Notes: generated from the letters alone by a model not told the origin. 63,277 bases of DNA, filler included, from Sphacelaria rigidula (GCA_964200075.2; 10 parts of 10 records of this genome joined end to end with filler, not necessarily neighbours in it), one strand, 5' to 3'; numbered from the whole stretch's first letter, positions 12,678-26,114 are shown. A program made the numbers and translations.

Positions 12678-15600
12678 CGTTTCGCTAGGACGCTCGAACA
12701 GTCTGTTGAACAGTCACATCCGTTTCCGTTTCCCTGTAGCTTTGGATTCCGAGTCCGGATGTGAGCATTCAGCTAACCCTTTGTCAAAGTCCGGTGCTGA
12801 GCAATGCTACGGTAGGTCAGGTCAGCCGCTGGGCCGTAGCCCTGGAGCCTCAACAGATACTGATAGTTGTAACGACTTCTTCGACCTGGGCCTGGCGCGT
12901 GGCCTACCACTTTTTCGACAGCGTAACGTTTTATCGTAGGCAACGTTTCGTGTGATTGGTCTCTCTGGTAGAGGTATCTGTTTGTCTAGGAACAACTCGC
13001 TCGAGTTATCGACATCTGATACGAGTGGTGTTTCCCGCGGGTGATATTTCTCCAAGTGAGCGGGATGTACTGATATTTCTCTAGAGTCGTCGCCTATTTT
13101 GCTTGTGTACACAACCGGCGATCGTCTCGCGGTTATCATGAAAGGTCCTCTCCATGTAGATTGGAGTTTCAGGCTCGGCCTTCCTGAGTCCTGTTATGAT
13201 GGGTACAAGAGTGCCTTTTTGTCGGGTTTGAACACCGAGAAAGAGTTGAATTTGTTCTTGTTTCCTTGCTCGTTCGCTCTTCTCGTAAGACTTCTCTCGC
13301 AATTTCAAATCCAAAATGTAGGTTTTCCCGTGCTTCTTTGGAAAATTCTTCGGGTGTCGCTGCTTGGCTCTTTGATTGAAACGCAGCTTTCCCGGGATGC
13401 CAAATGTAGTAAAGACTCTGTAAAAGAGAGTTTTTGATGAGGTGGTCAACTACGGACAGTACATTTTTACCTATTACTCCAGCGTTTGACATCGAAGCTG
13501 TTTTTCATTCCACTAGATTTGCCGGCACTCTTTCGTATAGCTGTCCTATCGTAGCGTGTCTCATCGGCAAATTTTGGCCGGTTGACTGACAGCTCTCGGT
13601 CACTTTGCACTGGCTTCAAACGGTAGCGCTTCTTAGCTGATATTTGACGATGATATATGGTACAGCTATTTGCAGCGCATGGTTTTTTTGGCCCGTTATC
13701 ACATATTTGGTCGTGAGAGGATGTCCGAAATAACATGGAGTTTCTCCGTTCTTGTCTCTTATCATTATCATGAAGTTTTTCCGGGGTTTACACATGAGCT
13801 CGACCGGTTGGCGATTTGTACCATTCCGTTTTATTCATCGACTAAATGCCTGCTGTTCTTGAAGCAATGATGCGCGTGAGTGCTTGAGGTACATCAGGCG
13901 ATCAAGTGTCTTTCTCGGTTATTATGCGCGGCTCCACTACAGCTGCTGTTATTGTTCACGGGGTTTTTCCCGTTCCAACTAGTACTGTCATTTCACTTTG
14001 TATTGGCACACTGCACTTGTTGTGAGGAACTCGAACAGGGTTGGAACTTTTCACATCGACTATAAAACAATATGTTGTTTCGGTGTGTTGTATTTTGTGA
14101 GCCCTGTTGTTTTCGATACGATGCTTTGATTTTTATACTGAAAATAACGGAATGTTCGTTCTTCCGTCTGCCAGTCGAGTATAGAGTATAGCTTTGAAAG
14201 CACTCATAATGGAGTTGTCAAGTAGTCGACAACCCGGTCCCAGATGAGGTAATACAAACGCTTCTGTTGGCAGGGTTTTTATCCCCAGCGTAAGCTCGGA
14301 ATGAATGAACACCCGAATTTTTATGGGGGAACCACGTCCGCGATTCGGAGATCGATGGGTCCTGGCGGTATTGGTTTTATATCATCAGCTGCCATGATGG
14401 TCTCATGTTCATCTATGAACTTTTGCTGATACACGGTACAACTGCTGCGGAATCGATTGTGATCTTTCCAGCGAGGGTACCGTTTACTCTGGCTGCGACT
14501 CTAACGCGGGCTGATGCACAAAATAGCGCTAGGGGTGCATCTATATACCTGGCGGGTGATGATGCGTTGTTATGAGTCATAACAGTGATCGTCCAAGATC
14601 GGGTTGCAAAGGGGAGACTGGTGTTTCGATTTCGAATTAACAGCCCGTGCTTATAACATCGCTGTTTTTCTGGCTGCCGGTTAAAACTTTGTCCGCGTGG
14701 AATGTAACGTTACCGATCCATTGGGGGACGGCGGAGAATGTCACATACTTGAGAGCCTCCACAAGTTGAGCTACATGTTTGATAATGGCCCTTCGTGTGG
14801 TGTATTGTTTTCCCCACAGCTGTTCTGAAGGCTGCTTAGGAACCAACTCTCATCGTGCTCTTTCCAGCTTCTGCTCTTAGTATGTACTTTCACACCACAC
14901 CTGAGGGCTGTTTCGGTGCCCCTCTGGAGGAGTGAGTTATTGTACTGACCGAGAAACCCGCATTCCCCTAACATGTTTTCTTCACCAGACGGTTGACATT
15001 TTTCTCCATTTCATGCGTAATGAGGTGTGGGATCTTGCAATGTCTGCATTTTTCAACTTTCCTCAGCTTGTGGGCTGGGATGCGGTAAGATCATGCGATA
15101 CACCTCTTTCTTTCGCTCGCTACATGGTAGGGAAGGACAAGGTCGTGCATTCGCAGGTTAGGTAGCTTATTTGTTGATGCTATTTCGAGTCACCGCGTTT
15201 TCAGAGGTCGGTCTGCTTGATTAATTGCCGTGCCTTTCGCGCGATGGTGGTGGAATATTGGTTGTTTGTGGATTCGCTGTCTAACCAGCCGTTCTGGTGA
15301 CATATAATGTCCACTGAAGATACTAATTTCGCGTTTTCGCTGTTTGACTAGCCGTACAGGTGACATATACTGCACCCTGAGGAGTCTAACTTCGCGTTTT
15401 GCTCTATGATTAGTCATGCGGGTGACGTATTAATGCACATTGAGGGGGCTAATTTCGCGTTGATCCAAACACATGACTCCAATAACCTACCAACTCGAAT
15501 AACTAAGCACATGACGCATACGTTTCACCTGGAGTAGCGTTCCTTGGGGGACCCTAGTATTTCCGGTGTCGGGGAGCAGTCGGTTATCGTTCCATTTTTT

Positions 15601-15998
15601 TATTGCTAAGGCCTGTCTTGTTCGAGTTCTGTTCTGGTGTCGCCAGTGTGAGGAAGGCGTATCGCTAGAGTAGTCAGAGACCTACGGGGGAAAACTGCCG
15701 TCCTGAGGCCGAAGGAACTCCTAGGCTGGCGATGATTTCCTCTTGTATATGTAGGCAAGAAGTGGGGTCAGACTAGGAGTGGGCGCCAGAGGCGATCAGG
15801 ACCTCGGGGGATGTTGGACCGTCCTAATATTAGGCTCTTCCTCGCATCACCCCGAGTGGTCTAGGTACGTCGGCATTAGAGTGTCCTCGGTAATCTGGTC
15901 CTTCCGGATCGTTCCTACCTTGTCCCTGCTTGCGCTGGGTCTGCATACATATGTGGCATCAGTCTCTGATATGTCACTGCAAAGAGATATCCTCCACA
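12678..15998 (-). mobile_element. Decayed, internally deleted Ty3/Gypsy LTR retrotransposon
   Basis: LTR at 15647-15998 followed on the minus strand by PBS-like CTGGCGACACCAG. Integrase remnants LFYRVFTTFGIP (about 13390-13430) and the GPY/F region SLKLQSTWRGPFMITARRSPVVY...VHPAHLEKY (about 13040-13185). No RT motifs seen. Confidence 0.75.
15647..15998 (-). repeat. 5' LTR (352 bp) of the Gypsy element
   Basis: TGTGAGGA...TCCTCCACA termini adjacent to the PBS-like sequence; a different repeat resumes immediately at 15999. Confidence 0.7.
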
Positions 15999-16429
15999 AC
16001 TCGTCGGGTACGGTATATGGGGAGCTTGCAGAGAAGCGGTACCGGCAATCGAGTAACACGTTTAGGGCATACCCGCCCCTCGGGTTAGGGTAAAGGGTTT
16101 GTACAGAACTCACAGAACTGTCGGGGAAGGGTATGGGAGGCTGACAGAACTCACAGAAACTGTCGGGTAGGGTAAGGAGGTTGCCCAGAAAACCGTATCC
16201 GTTACCGGGTATCTTATCAAGAGCATACCCGTGCTTCCCGGCAACGGTGGGGGAGGCTCATAGAACTCATAGAACTATCGGGTACGGTTATGAAGGTCTT
16301 GAAGAGATCACAGAACTGTTATGTACCGGTATGAAATCTTACAGAAGTCACACAACTGTGGTGTATGGTAAATACCCGGCAAAATACCCCGGGTATACAG
16401 AAAACCGTACCCTACAGAACACGACCTTG
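15999..16429. mobile_element. hAT-family terminal fragment with ACAGAACT subterminal repeats
   Basis: Repeated acagaactcacagaactgtcgggta. Ends cctacagaacacgaccttg, the same terminus as the 8-bp-TSD element at 34530-34788. Confidence 0.7.
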
Positions 16430-16545
16430 GTATAACTATCACCCCTGTAGTGGGACCTACGTCACTATTGTACAACAATCGCGAAATACAGATGACAGTT
16501 CACGAAAACTCTGAATAGCGTCACGAGGTTGATGGAGAAGGACTA

Positions 16546-16783
16546 CCGTGATTGTGCAAGTCATCGCACACACCCTGGACCGAACTTCAAAGCTCGATTA
16601 CTCGACAACAAGAAGAGCATAAGTTCTAAAAAGGGTGACGCTGGAAAGATCTCGTCGGTAGCTGTCCGAAAACGCGTCGTNNNNNNNNNNCGCGTCGTTT
16701 GGTATTGACAAACCTTTTCGTCATGGAGTAGTCGAGCTGTGAAATTCGGTCCATGGGGTGTGCGATGACTCGCACAATTACGG
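16546..16783. mobile_element. Tc1/mariner-type MITE
   Basis: TA|ccgtgattgtgcaagtcatcgcacac ... gtgtgcgatgactcgcacaattacgg|TA; about 55-bp TIRs; 10-N gap inside. Confidence 0.8.
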
Positions 16784-16799
16784 TACACGAACAATCGCT

Positions 16800-17133
16800 G
16801 TAGTACATGTGCACGGCATCGTCCACATCTATCGACTTCACGTACCCCCCCAGAGAGTACATGAAGGAGCATTCATGGCTGCCCGTTCTCTGGAAGCCCT
16901 TCGGCACGCGAAAAAATCGCCGACGGCTTTGACGACTTTCGGTGGCAGCTCATAGCCTGTTCTGTGCATGTCGATAACGGCCTGGGGTTTGATGACCACG
17001 ACGCAACCACCATCAATGTCGATGACGTGCGTCGTTCTCCTTGATCCCCTGGTGGCGCAGATGAACCGCCCCCTCTCGAGCCACCACTCGAGTCTGCGGG
17101 TGATGCATCCCGATTTTCTACAGTGCTGCTCAT
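16800..17133 (-). pseudogene. Frameshifted coding remnant, possibly the N-terminus of a hAT transposase
   Basis: Joined across two frameshifts it reads MSSTVEN...VIDIDGGCVVVIKPQAVIDMHRTGYELPPKVVKAVGDFF/VPKGFQRTGSHECSFMYSLGGYV...HMYY. It lies between hAT-type ends; identity is tentative. Confidence 0.35.
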
Positions 17134-17628
17134 GTTTCGTGTGTCTACTCAGCGGTACCTCATATCCCGTTAGATCCCAAACTCAAGAACTTTTCAACAT
17201 TGAATTACTGTCGGTGTGCAGTTTTGGATGAAGGAGTCGGGTGGATTGATCGATGGGGGGTACATATTCAGGTCATGAGGTTGTGTTAGGATTGAATCTA
17301 TACCCGTACCTCCCCATGGTATATACCCGTGCTCATACCTGCAATCGGGTATACCTATAACGGTATATCCTAACTCCGGGTAGGGTATGAGAGGCTTAGA
17401 GAGCTCTCAGAACTGTCGGGTACCGGTACTGGATGAAGGTCTTACAGAAATTACAGAACTTGTCGCGTTCGGTTTGGGAGCCTTACAGAAAACTGGTACC
17501 GACAATCAGGTATTTTTTCAAGAGCATACCCGCGCCCCGGGTACGGTTCAACATGCTGTACAGGACTCACAGAACTGTCGGGTAACGGTATTTGGGAGGC
17601 TTACAGAACTCACAGGAACTGTCGGGTA

Positions 17629-18304
17629 CACACGAGGCTATTTGACCAACCCCCAAAATGCCTCCGGAGGGATGCTCGGCCCTCCAGGGGAAAAACAAGC
17701 CTCCGGAGGCCTTCAACCCCTCTCGAGGAAGCAAACTCTACCGACCCGGAGGGCCACGCACCCCTCCGGAGGAACATGGGAGTATGCGCGGCCCTCCGTA
17801 GAGGCAAAAATACATACGCGGCATTTTGGCTACCTCCAAAATTCCTCCAGGTGGGTGAACGTTTCGAGCCTCCAGAGAAAATAAACGCCTCCGGAGGGGT
17901 GCGTGGCCCTCCAGAGGAGAGTTTGAGAGTTTGTGGTTAACTCCAGAGGGAACAAACGCCTCCGGAGGCTTATTTTTGCCTCTGGAGGGCCGCGCATACC
18001 CCCAAATCCCTCCAGAGCGGGGTGCGTGGCCCTTCGGGCCGGTAGTGCTTGGTTTCCTCCAGAGGGATTGAAGACCCCCGGAGGCTTGTTTTATTTCTGG
18101 AGGACCGCGCATCTCTCCGGAGGCATTTTGGGAGGTAGCCGAATGGCCGCGTGTGTAAGCCTCCGGAGGCGTTTAATCCCTATGGAGGCAACCAAAAAAA
18201 CTACTACGGAGGGCCGCGCACCCCTTCGGAGGGGTTGTCCTCTAGGGGCTCGGAAAGTTAACCCACCTGGAGGAACTTTGGAGATAGCCAAATGGCCGCG
18301 GGTG
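17629..18304. mobile_element. TA-flanked TIR element with CCTCCGGAGG motifs (outer copy)
   Basis: TA|cacacgaggctattt ... aaatggccgcgggtg|TA. Removing it restores gtcgggta-gggtaaggaggttgc as seen at about 16162. Confidence 0.8.
17813..18155. mobile_element. Same-family TIR element nested in the opposite orientation (inner copy)
   Basis: TA|catacgcggcattttggctacc ... gtagccgaatggccgcgtgtg|TA. Confidence 0.75.
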
Positions 18305-19811
18305 TAGGGTAAGGAGGTTGCACAAAAAAGCGTACCCGCAATCAGGTATCTTATCAAGAGCGTACCCGTGCCCCCCGGTAACGGTTCGGGAGTCTTCCAG
18401 AGATTACAGAACTCTCGGGTAGAGGTATGAAAGTCTTACAGAGATTACAGAACTATCGGGTAAGGGCATGAAAGTCTCAAAGAGGTTACAGAACTGTCGG
18501 GCACCGGTGTGAAAGTCTTACAGCAGTCACAAAACTGTCGGGTGAGGTAAATACCCGGCAAAATACCCCGGGTATACAGAAAACCGTACAGAACACAACA
18601 ACCTTGGAAAATACGATAATTCTGAAAATACCTCCCTGTCCCCCGACCCTTCCCCCTGAATTTCAACCGAAGAAACAGCCCCCACGGAAACTCTTCCACT
18701 CGTAGACAGATAGAATCCCCAGGTGAAAAGAAGATCGGTTCTCTTCTTCGGCTGGATAGGTTAACCCCCCCTGCCAGATCCTCACCCTCGTCGTTATATT
18801 CGCGGCTCTCGAGACGAGATCGGGGGGGGGGGGGGGGGGGGGTCGTAATTCCCACACGCGAATTTTTTTGGCCACAGTTTTGTGGTTGCTGGAAGATGCA
18901 AAACACAGAAAAAAANNNNNNNNNNNNNNNNNNNNNNNNNNNNNNNNNNNNNNNNNNNNTTAATTAATTAANNNNNNNNNNNNNNNNNNNNNNNNNNNNN
19001 NNNNNNNNNNNNNNNATGTGGGCGAAATGGCTGCAAACGAGCCCAATAGTGGGATCGCAGCCGATTTGTCGGACGGTCTCCGGTGCACTTCTTGTGGGGG
19101 GGGGGCTATCTCGGCATTAGTCAAACGTTCCCGTAAGTTCAACGTCTTCTGGAAACTGTCCACCTTGGGATTTCTTTGGAGTCTACGCAAAATGATACAA
19201 CACAAGTACCGCTTCATCCCTGGTTTTCAAAAACCGATATCTCGATACATAATCGACCGGCAACGATATCGTCGTGGGACGTCGATTCTGACAGCATATT
19301 CTGTGACCTCGACATGGATGATTGCAGAGACCATTGAATAATCACGGAAATGGCGCACCTTTTGTGTCGGCGGTCATATGACCGACCAAAACATCGCGAC
19401 AAAATGGGACCAGAATTGGTCGCCGCCTGCCTCTGAAAGTGATGATGCCGACACGTGCTACGTTTCATTTCCGTTCCGACACGAGGTCTCAGATTACCTC
19501 GAAGAGGGACCTTAACCCCTTGACTGTAATGATATCCATCTCATTCAGTCCAGGTATTAAAAACATCACTCGTGGGCCTTTCACGCTCCTACAAGACGAA
19601 ACGGTATTCAAATCACGTAGTGCGAATCACATGCCGAGAGAAGCGACGGGGAAGGGGGCGTACTCATTTGTTGCTTGCCTTAGTCGTTTGACCAATGACC
19701 ACGCATCCCTTTCGAAACGGAGCATGGGGAAGGGGGGGAGGGAGTGGGGAGGAGGAAAAAATACACAAGGGGGGCAAGAGTAGCGCCGGGTCAAGGCTGC
19801 AAACTCCTGTA

Positions 19812-20177
19812 GTCTGTATGTGTGTTATCGTCCCATCTATTCTGGACGCCGGCCTACAGCTTTCGGTATACGTAGGCGCACCAGCCGGGGTCATACAGGA
19901 GGAAGGTCAACACAGGAGCTTTTTTATTTTTTTCTTGTTTCCAGTACTCCACCTTCCTTCTGCGGTGCTTGCCTTTTTTTTTTTAATCGCGAGAGGGGTG
20001 CAGCAGTCCCTTTCCCTCGCGTCAACCGTGAAGTCGAATTTGGTGTACCCACGACATAGTCGTTCTCCATTGTTGGGCATGCTGCGATACAATATCCCAG
20101 ATCGCTCCGAGATATGAACCCAGGATCCAACCGTCGGAAGTTTCACGGTTACCAACTGAGCCACCGGGATGGTCAGT
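19812..20177 (-). mobile_element. tRNA-derived SINE, near full length
   Basis: Head ggTGGCTCAGTTGG...GGTTCATATC homologous to 1-66, with a (CATA)-like short tail near 19812-19825. Confidence 0.65.
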
Positions 20178-21319
20178 CTGCGCATCAAATATTCCTGCCT
20201 CCATTGGACATCAATAAGCGCCCATCGCACTCAACGGGCCTCAAGTGCGAAGAATCCATTCGGCACGGCAGCAGCGCACAGGAGACGGAGAGGAGCGTGG
20301 AGCCGCGCTCCCCGCGGGCGCGATAATGATTATCTGACTCGACATTGGTTCGAGGCGCATATGGTACAATACCGTCGCCTGTTTTCCAGACGCGACGCTC
20401 CCGCGAGATGCCGGTTGTCAAAAGATCTCGACGATAGGCTAGCTGCAAATATCGTGAAATTGAACAGGAAATAACATTTGGAGTTTGCCACGGCAACACT
20501 CTGACGGTACTGTACACACCTCAGACGGCAACGGAAAAAGGTGTTGTTACTACGACCAAAAAAAAAAGAAAAGAGGGCGCTACAACACGACATAACACGT
20601 CCTGACACCCACGTTGAGCCTTTGGCAACAAAGTGTTGGACATCCTTCACTGTAGGAGCAGACCGTATGCAAAATTCGGGGCAGGAAGCGGTGCATTGGC
20701 ATGCTGCACATGGACTCACATGGACTGCTTCGTGGTCGAAGGTTTGGAAAAAAAATGTCCATGTGCAGGGTGGAACTATCGAGGCCGAGTGCTGGTAATG
20801 GCTGTACTTACTGGTAATGACTTTCGGCGGCGTAGCTGCCGTAACTTTGGAGAAGTTCGACGCCGAAAATTTCGCCGCATGGGGGTCCGCCAGACGAGAA
20901 TACCGTCCAGCTACCATCTGAGGGTCACTAAAACGGTACTTTGAGGCAATCTGCAAACGCTCCGAGTTGTTCGTGTCTGGTTTTACCAAGGATCTATCTG
21001 GCTGGCTCACCAAGCCTGAAGAAGCACTTGATGCTTACTCATACTCCAGACCAGGTCTCGCGCGTGTGGTGTAGCGTATGTAGGCATGGGTTCCGGGCTA
21101 CTCCTTCATTATTGGCGCAACGTTGTTGCCTAGGACACCGCAAGCTACAACTGTACTGTACCTGAACTGTGCGTCGCATGATCAAATCCTTGTGAGGAAA
21201 CACCAAATTTAGCACGACACCAGCTCACTCCATCTTCACACCGAGGGGATATACCTACTGACCCGACAAATCACTTCATTGAAACATGCGCAGCTAATAG
21301 GACGGCATGATATTGCGTA

Positions 21320-21752
21320 TAGTAGTGGGCGGTCTAACTATTCATTTTGTGGCATTTTGTGATTTTTTCATAATTGGAGATTTTCTGAGGCTCTTTTCGC
21401 TTGCCACTGCTTATAACACTGAGAATCTGAAGATATTTGTATCCGCTCTACCAAGCCTGTCCCGATCATATTTGTAAAGAAATGTACAGTTTATTTTTAT
21501 CTTTGTTCTACCTACTCATTGCTCTAGAACCGAAAATCTGTGTTTCACGGTCAGTAACATCCTCCTGATAAACGGGGTATTTACTCGTATCGCCTGATAA
21601 CACCAAGTAACATTGGCTTGGGCACTGTGTTTCGAGGATGATCTGTTTATTGTACCAAACTTTACCGACGCTAGCAATTTCGAGTTCTATCGAAGAGTAG
21701 TACGCGAGGGAACCCCGAGAACACCCCTGAATAGTTAGACCGCCCTCTACTG
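21320..21752. mobile_element. Tc1/mariner-type MITE (CAGTAGTGGGCGGTCTAACTATTCA family)
   Basis: 25-bp TIRs with TA on both sides; an inverted, internally shorter homologue of 37185-37742. Confidence 0.85.
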
Positions 21753-21777
21753 TACTCCAAACCCTGAGGGCTCGGTG

Positions 21778-22256
21778 CGTTCATAATCTTGCATGCCGTA
21801 GTCGCATGGCCATTGACCTTGCATCCCTACAAAGCCGGGAAAGGAGTACGCCTGGTTCTTGCCGAACCAGGCTCGCAATCGATCACCAAGCGCGAAGCGC
21901 GGAGATGTGTTGGGCGAGTCGCATGAAGGGTGAGCTGAATCCTGCTGAGATTATTCGGCCCGAAACGTGCCGGTTATCTTGCATTTTAGATAACAGCCTC
22001 CAACGAGTTTCACCATTTTTTGGTATGGTCACTTCCAGAAACAGCCACGGTTTATACACTTCCTCACCATTTACACACATCGTAGGATCACCCCCCTCTG
22101 CGCGAAGTTCAGACCCCACCCAATATGATCTAGCTCGACCACCATCACGGTTACTCCAAAAAAATAAAAAAGCAAGCGAAAGAGAAAAGAGGTGAATCTG
22201 GTTGCGTAGCTTACGCAGTGATTGGCGTGTTTCACAGAGTCATCGCCAACCGATGC
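21778..22256 (-). mobile_element. Dispersed repeat, subfamily B of the poly-G/C-anchored family (other copies at about 25425, 28988, 31692, 32043, 34093, 37768, 37878 and 38030)
   Basis: Shared core ccattgacctcgcatccctacaaagccgggacggagcac...gtgttcggcgagtcgcatgaagggtga...ttcggcccgaa. Confidence 0.85.
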
Positions 22257-22499
22257 TGATCCTCAGAGCAGAGAGGGCTGGGGGGAGGGGGGCTTCAGCA
22301 GAACCTGCATGCGGTAAGGGCTGCCCCACGTAAGGGGATGCAGAAAATGCTTTGTCTACGGTTTGAAGGTCAAAGACTCACAAGACTGGGTCGCGGACGC
22401 GACAAACCGGTAATTGGGGGTCGAAAAGGAGGCAGAGGAGTTCGAGGAGGCGTGGCGACGCCAATATCTACGCCAGTCGGACCTACGCCACGAGCAAGA

Positions 22500-22916
22500 A
22501 ACACGGGGTTTTACGATCTGGGGATGGATTTTTCATTGGGGATGAAAACTTGGAGAATTAAAATCTTCGTATCCACGCCAAATCTTCGAAATATGGTTCC
22601 ATTTCTTCATTCGCTGGTAGCTATTGGTAACTGCTACACGAAACACAAATTTGGATTCCGATAAACGTAATGTTGGGGGTCCGAGGTGAAAAACCCATGT
22701 TGGGGATGGGTCTCCAAAATGGGTTTTCACCTAGGACCCCCAACATTTCGTTTATCGGAATCCAAACTTGTGTGGCGTGTAGCAGTTACCAATAGCTACC
22801 AGCGAATGAAGAAATGGAACCATATTTCGAATATTTGGTTTGGATACGAAGATTTTAATTCTCCCGGTTCTCACCCCCGATGTAAAATCCATCCCCAATG
22901 TGTAAAATCCCGTTTC
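22500..22916. mobile_element. Long-TIR MITE, AACACGGG family
   Basis: Near-perfect hairpin with about 200-bp arms, homologous to 3414-3856. AAGA lies on both sides if two terminal mismatches are allowed. Confidence 0.85.
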
Positions 22917-22987
22917 AAGAGGCTGTGGCCGTGAGAGCTGTCAACAGAAGACTCGTCATCGCTGACGCAAAAACAACAAGAACAATG

Positions 22988-23027
22988 GCAGCAGCAGCAG
23001 CAGTAGCAGTAGCAGCAGCAGCAACAA
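22988..23027. repeat. (GCA)n microsatellite
   Basis: Direct observation. Confidence 0.9.
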
Positions 23028-24658
23028 CGGCTCGCGAGGAATCCAGGATGGAAATGGTCGAGGGACAGACTTGCTTTGTACCCTGCTGGGAATGAGCAGA
23101 AGAGGCGGGGAAAACCAAAAAAACGATACAAGTATGAGTTGGGACAGCATGAAAACGACTTCAAGCTCTCACAGTCATATCTCATCGACGCAGACGAATT
23201 GGGTCGTGATCCGCACATCTTGTGAATCGCCTAGTCGAGGGAAAAGATGCTCGTTGGCTCAAAAGCCCAGTCGGTGTTTTCTCGTTGACTGAATGCCATG
23301 CCGAGTACATCCCGTGACGCACGGAGATATCTCCACACCAAGTCCCTTCGAATCCCGGAATAATATATACAGGGGATGGTGAACATCCAGCTGCAATGAT
23401 CATATGTTCGAGGGCTGCGAACACACAGTGACGGCCGGTGGTCGTCACATATTTCTGCCCGTGTCCCCTCCGACCCGCTCGTCGGAAGCGTTGCAGAAAC
23501 CGTTCCTTTATAATTTTGTTGTGCGGTTGAAAACATTCCCCGGGGCGCTGGAAAACGATCGATGGCCTCGCCTTCACCTAATTCATCGTCTTGAGATACG
23601 GCGCACAACATATTCCATGCAAACTCAATATGTTGCGAGGAGAGGCAGTAAATGCACCAAATCTGGATTTCGAATCTCGGTTTCGGGACTTGTGCTTTGG
23701 AAATTTGGTATGAACTATCGCAAGAAACACAATGTTCGGGATCTTGCGTGTGTGTGTGTGTGTGTTTCCCCGTGAGTCAAGGGCGTTATTGTGAGAACTG
23801 AATGTTGTTTTTGTCATTAATTCTCAGCATCAAAAATAGAAAATTCTCAGCTCAGTTTTTGGAGTTGTTCTATGTAATTTAGAACAGAGAACCGCAAGGG
23901 CTTAAACAAAACACTCTCTTCACGACCTTGAGCTTCTTTCATGAGTCAGGGGTGTTTTTTTTTTTTTTTCAATTATCCTCATTAAACCAAAACGACTACA
24001 ATTATGGGGAGAAGAACTCAATATCCCCGCGGACTTCGTCTTTCCAACTTTCATTTCTCCGCATAAAACTCCACAGCACAACTCTCAAAACAGCTGCTCT
24101 GTGGCCAACGACATTCAGCTCCGCTTGTAGACCGGCCCAGCCTGCAAATCTGGCATTCTCATCTTGGTTTTGAGAGTTTCACCTTCAAAATTGCTTGGAG
24201 AACCGCTAGGGCGTAATGAAAAACATAATTTTGGGACCTTGACATTTGTTCCTCATGAGTAAGGCATGTCTGTGTGAAAAATTGAGCTTGTTTTTCGCCG
24301 TTACCTCATGAAGAAACTCCAGGGTCCCAAATTTATGTTTTTTATTATACCCCAGCGATTCTCCGTACCAAAGTTCAGAGTACAACTCTCAAAATTGGGA
24401 CGATAATCTGCCTGCAACCTACAGATCCGCTACTAGGCTGGCCCAGCTCTTACACATCTGTCTTATATCATGGGCTATCAGCTATGTTTCGTTCCCTCCA
24501 ACCTCAGCGAGGTTCCTAGCTGTGCTCGTACAGATGCACTCCTAGGTATTGGTGTTCAGTCTGTTGGTGTCTTTCTTCTTTCTTGATGTTAGGCCGTGTC
24601 TCATCAGATTGCTTTCGTGTCGGAAACGCGCGGTCGGATCGAATTCGGAGTGATGCTA

Positions 24659-24895
24659 CGGTAGGGGTGCACAAATATTTTCTGAGGTTAGAATTGTTAG
24701 GAGCCCTTTATCTCATCCTAAACGCGACCTATGAAAACATGTGGAAGTACGCCAGGATTACTACTCCGATATGTGTTGGGGATATCCCGAATGAAATTGC
24801 AAACGGGGATGTCCTGACCCATATTCTTGTGCATCTTGAATCGTTAGGAGCCCCTGAACTAGACATAATTTCGCGAAAAAAGTGCCCCCCTACCG
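24659..24895. mobile_element. Tc1/mariner-type MITE
   Basis: TA|cggtaggggtgcac ... gtgcccccctaccg|TA. Confidence 0.75.
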
Positions 24896-26074
24896 TAGCA
24901 TTGCTCTTCGCTCGTTTCTGATTTGTCCACTCTACTTATTTTCTCAGATGGTTGAGAACATGGATGCCGCGGACGTATCGGGCACGAGTAGATACGATCC
25001 CACTGTACGTTTTCGAGTCGAAAACAACTTGATGAGACACGGCCTCATTATATTGTTACTAGTTTCATCGGGACCGACTATTCGTGGTCTTCTCCTTTTC
25101 TGCCTTGTCCCTTTCTACAGCATTTACATCTTGTTTTTGTTTTGTCTTGTTTTTCTCTGTCGTTTTATGCTCAGCTTACGCCGTCTGCTTCGTCCGCTCT
25201 GATGCTACAGTATATCGGCCCTCCTATGATCGGCGCCATCACCGCCTGGCTACNNNNNNNNNNNNNNNNNNNNNNNNNNNNNNNNNNNNNNNNNNNNTTA
25301 ATTAATTAANNNNNNNNNNNNNNNNNNNNNNNNNNNNNNNNNNNNNNNNNNNNTTGTTGCTTTGTTTCGTCTCGTCTCCCCCTACCCTCCACACCCTATG
25401 GGAGGGGGCACGTGGGTGGGGGGGGGGTGTACTCATGATCTCGCATGTCATGGGAATATGGCCGTTGACCTCGCATCCCTACAAAGCCGGGACGGCACCG
25501 GGCTTTCGCCACGCCAGATTCGCAGTCAATCACCAAGCGCCAAGCGCTGTCATGTGTTCGGCGAGTCGCATGAAGGGTGACCTATATCTTGCCAAGATTG
25601 TTCGGCCCGAACGCAGTGATTGTCTGATCATCTTGCACTTCAACCAAGGGAAAGGGGGCATCCCTTTCGAGACGGAGCACAGGGGGGTCGTTGGGAGGAT
25701 TGGGAAAAATTAAGAGCATGTTTGTTTTTGTCAACGGATCAGTCCCTTTACTGTTGCGTTCTCGTTTTCGGTGTGTATACAGGCTTGTTCACGCTCATCA
25801 CCCAAAAGTGCGTCATCAGCAAATGCCTTTCGCAATACCTACCCAATAGTCGCATACATGGTATCATACTGACCACCATGGATAGCTGAAGAGCGTGACA
25901 TAGCCGGATGTATGTGTAGGGTCATAGTGATAACGCCAAGGGCAAAGGTATCTCGACCAATCAGCGCCCGTCAAATTGTTTCCACATCGAAATTACGAAT
26001 TCCAAGCCCAAGTTTCACCCAATCTCCACATGCTTCAAATCGTAGAAACCGTCATCGGCTCGGGAATCTAACGA

Positions 26075-26114
<40 letters not shown>

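Larger units (their letters stand above)
17276..18606. mobile_element. Non-autonomous hAT-family element hosting nested insertions
   Basis: Termini tgaggttgtgtt ... aacacaacaaccttg with ACAGAACT subterminal repeats; no matching TSD. Confidence 0.65.

Noticed and set aside
20330..21013. 227-aa minus-strand ORF
   Set aside because: No ATG start, no recognisable domain, and it runs through an A/T tract; probably chance or decayed TE sequence.
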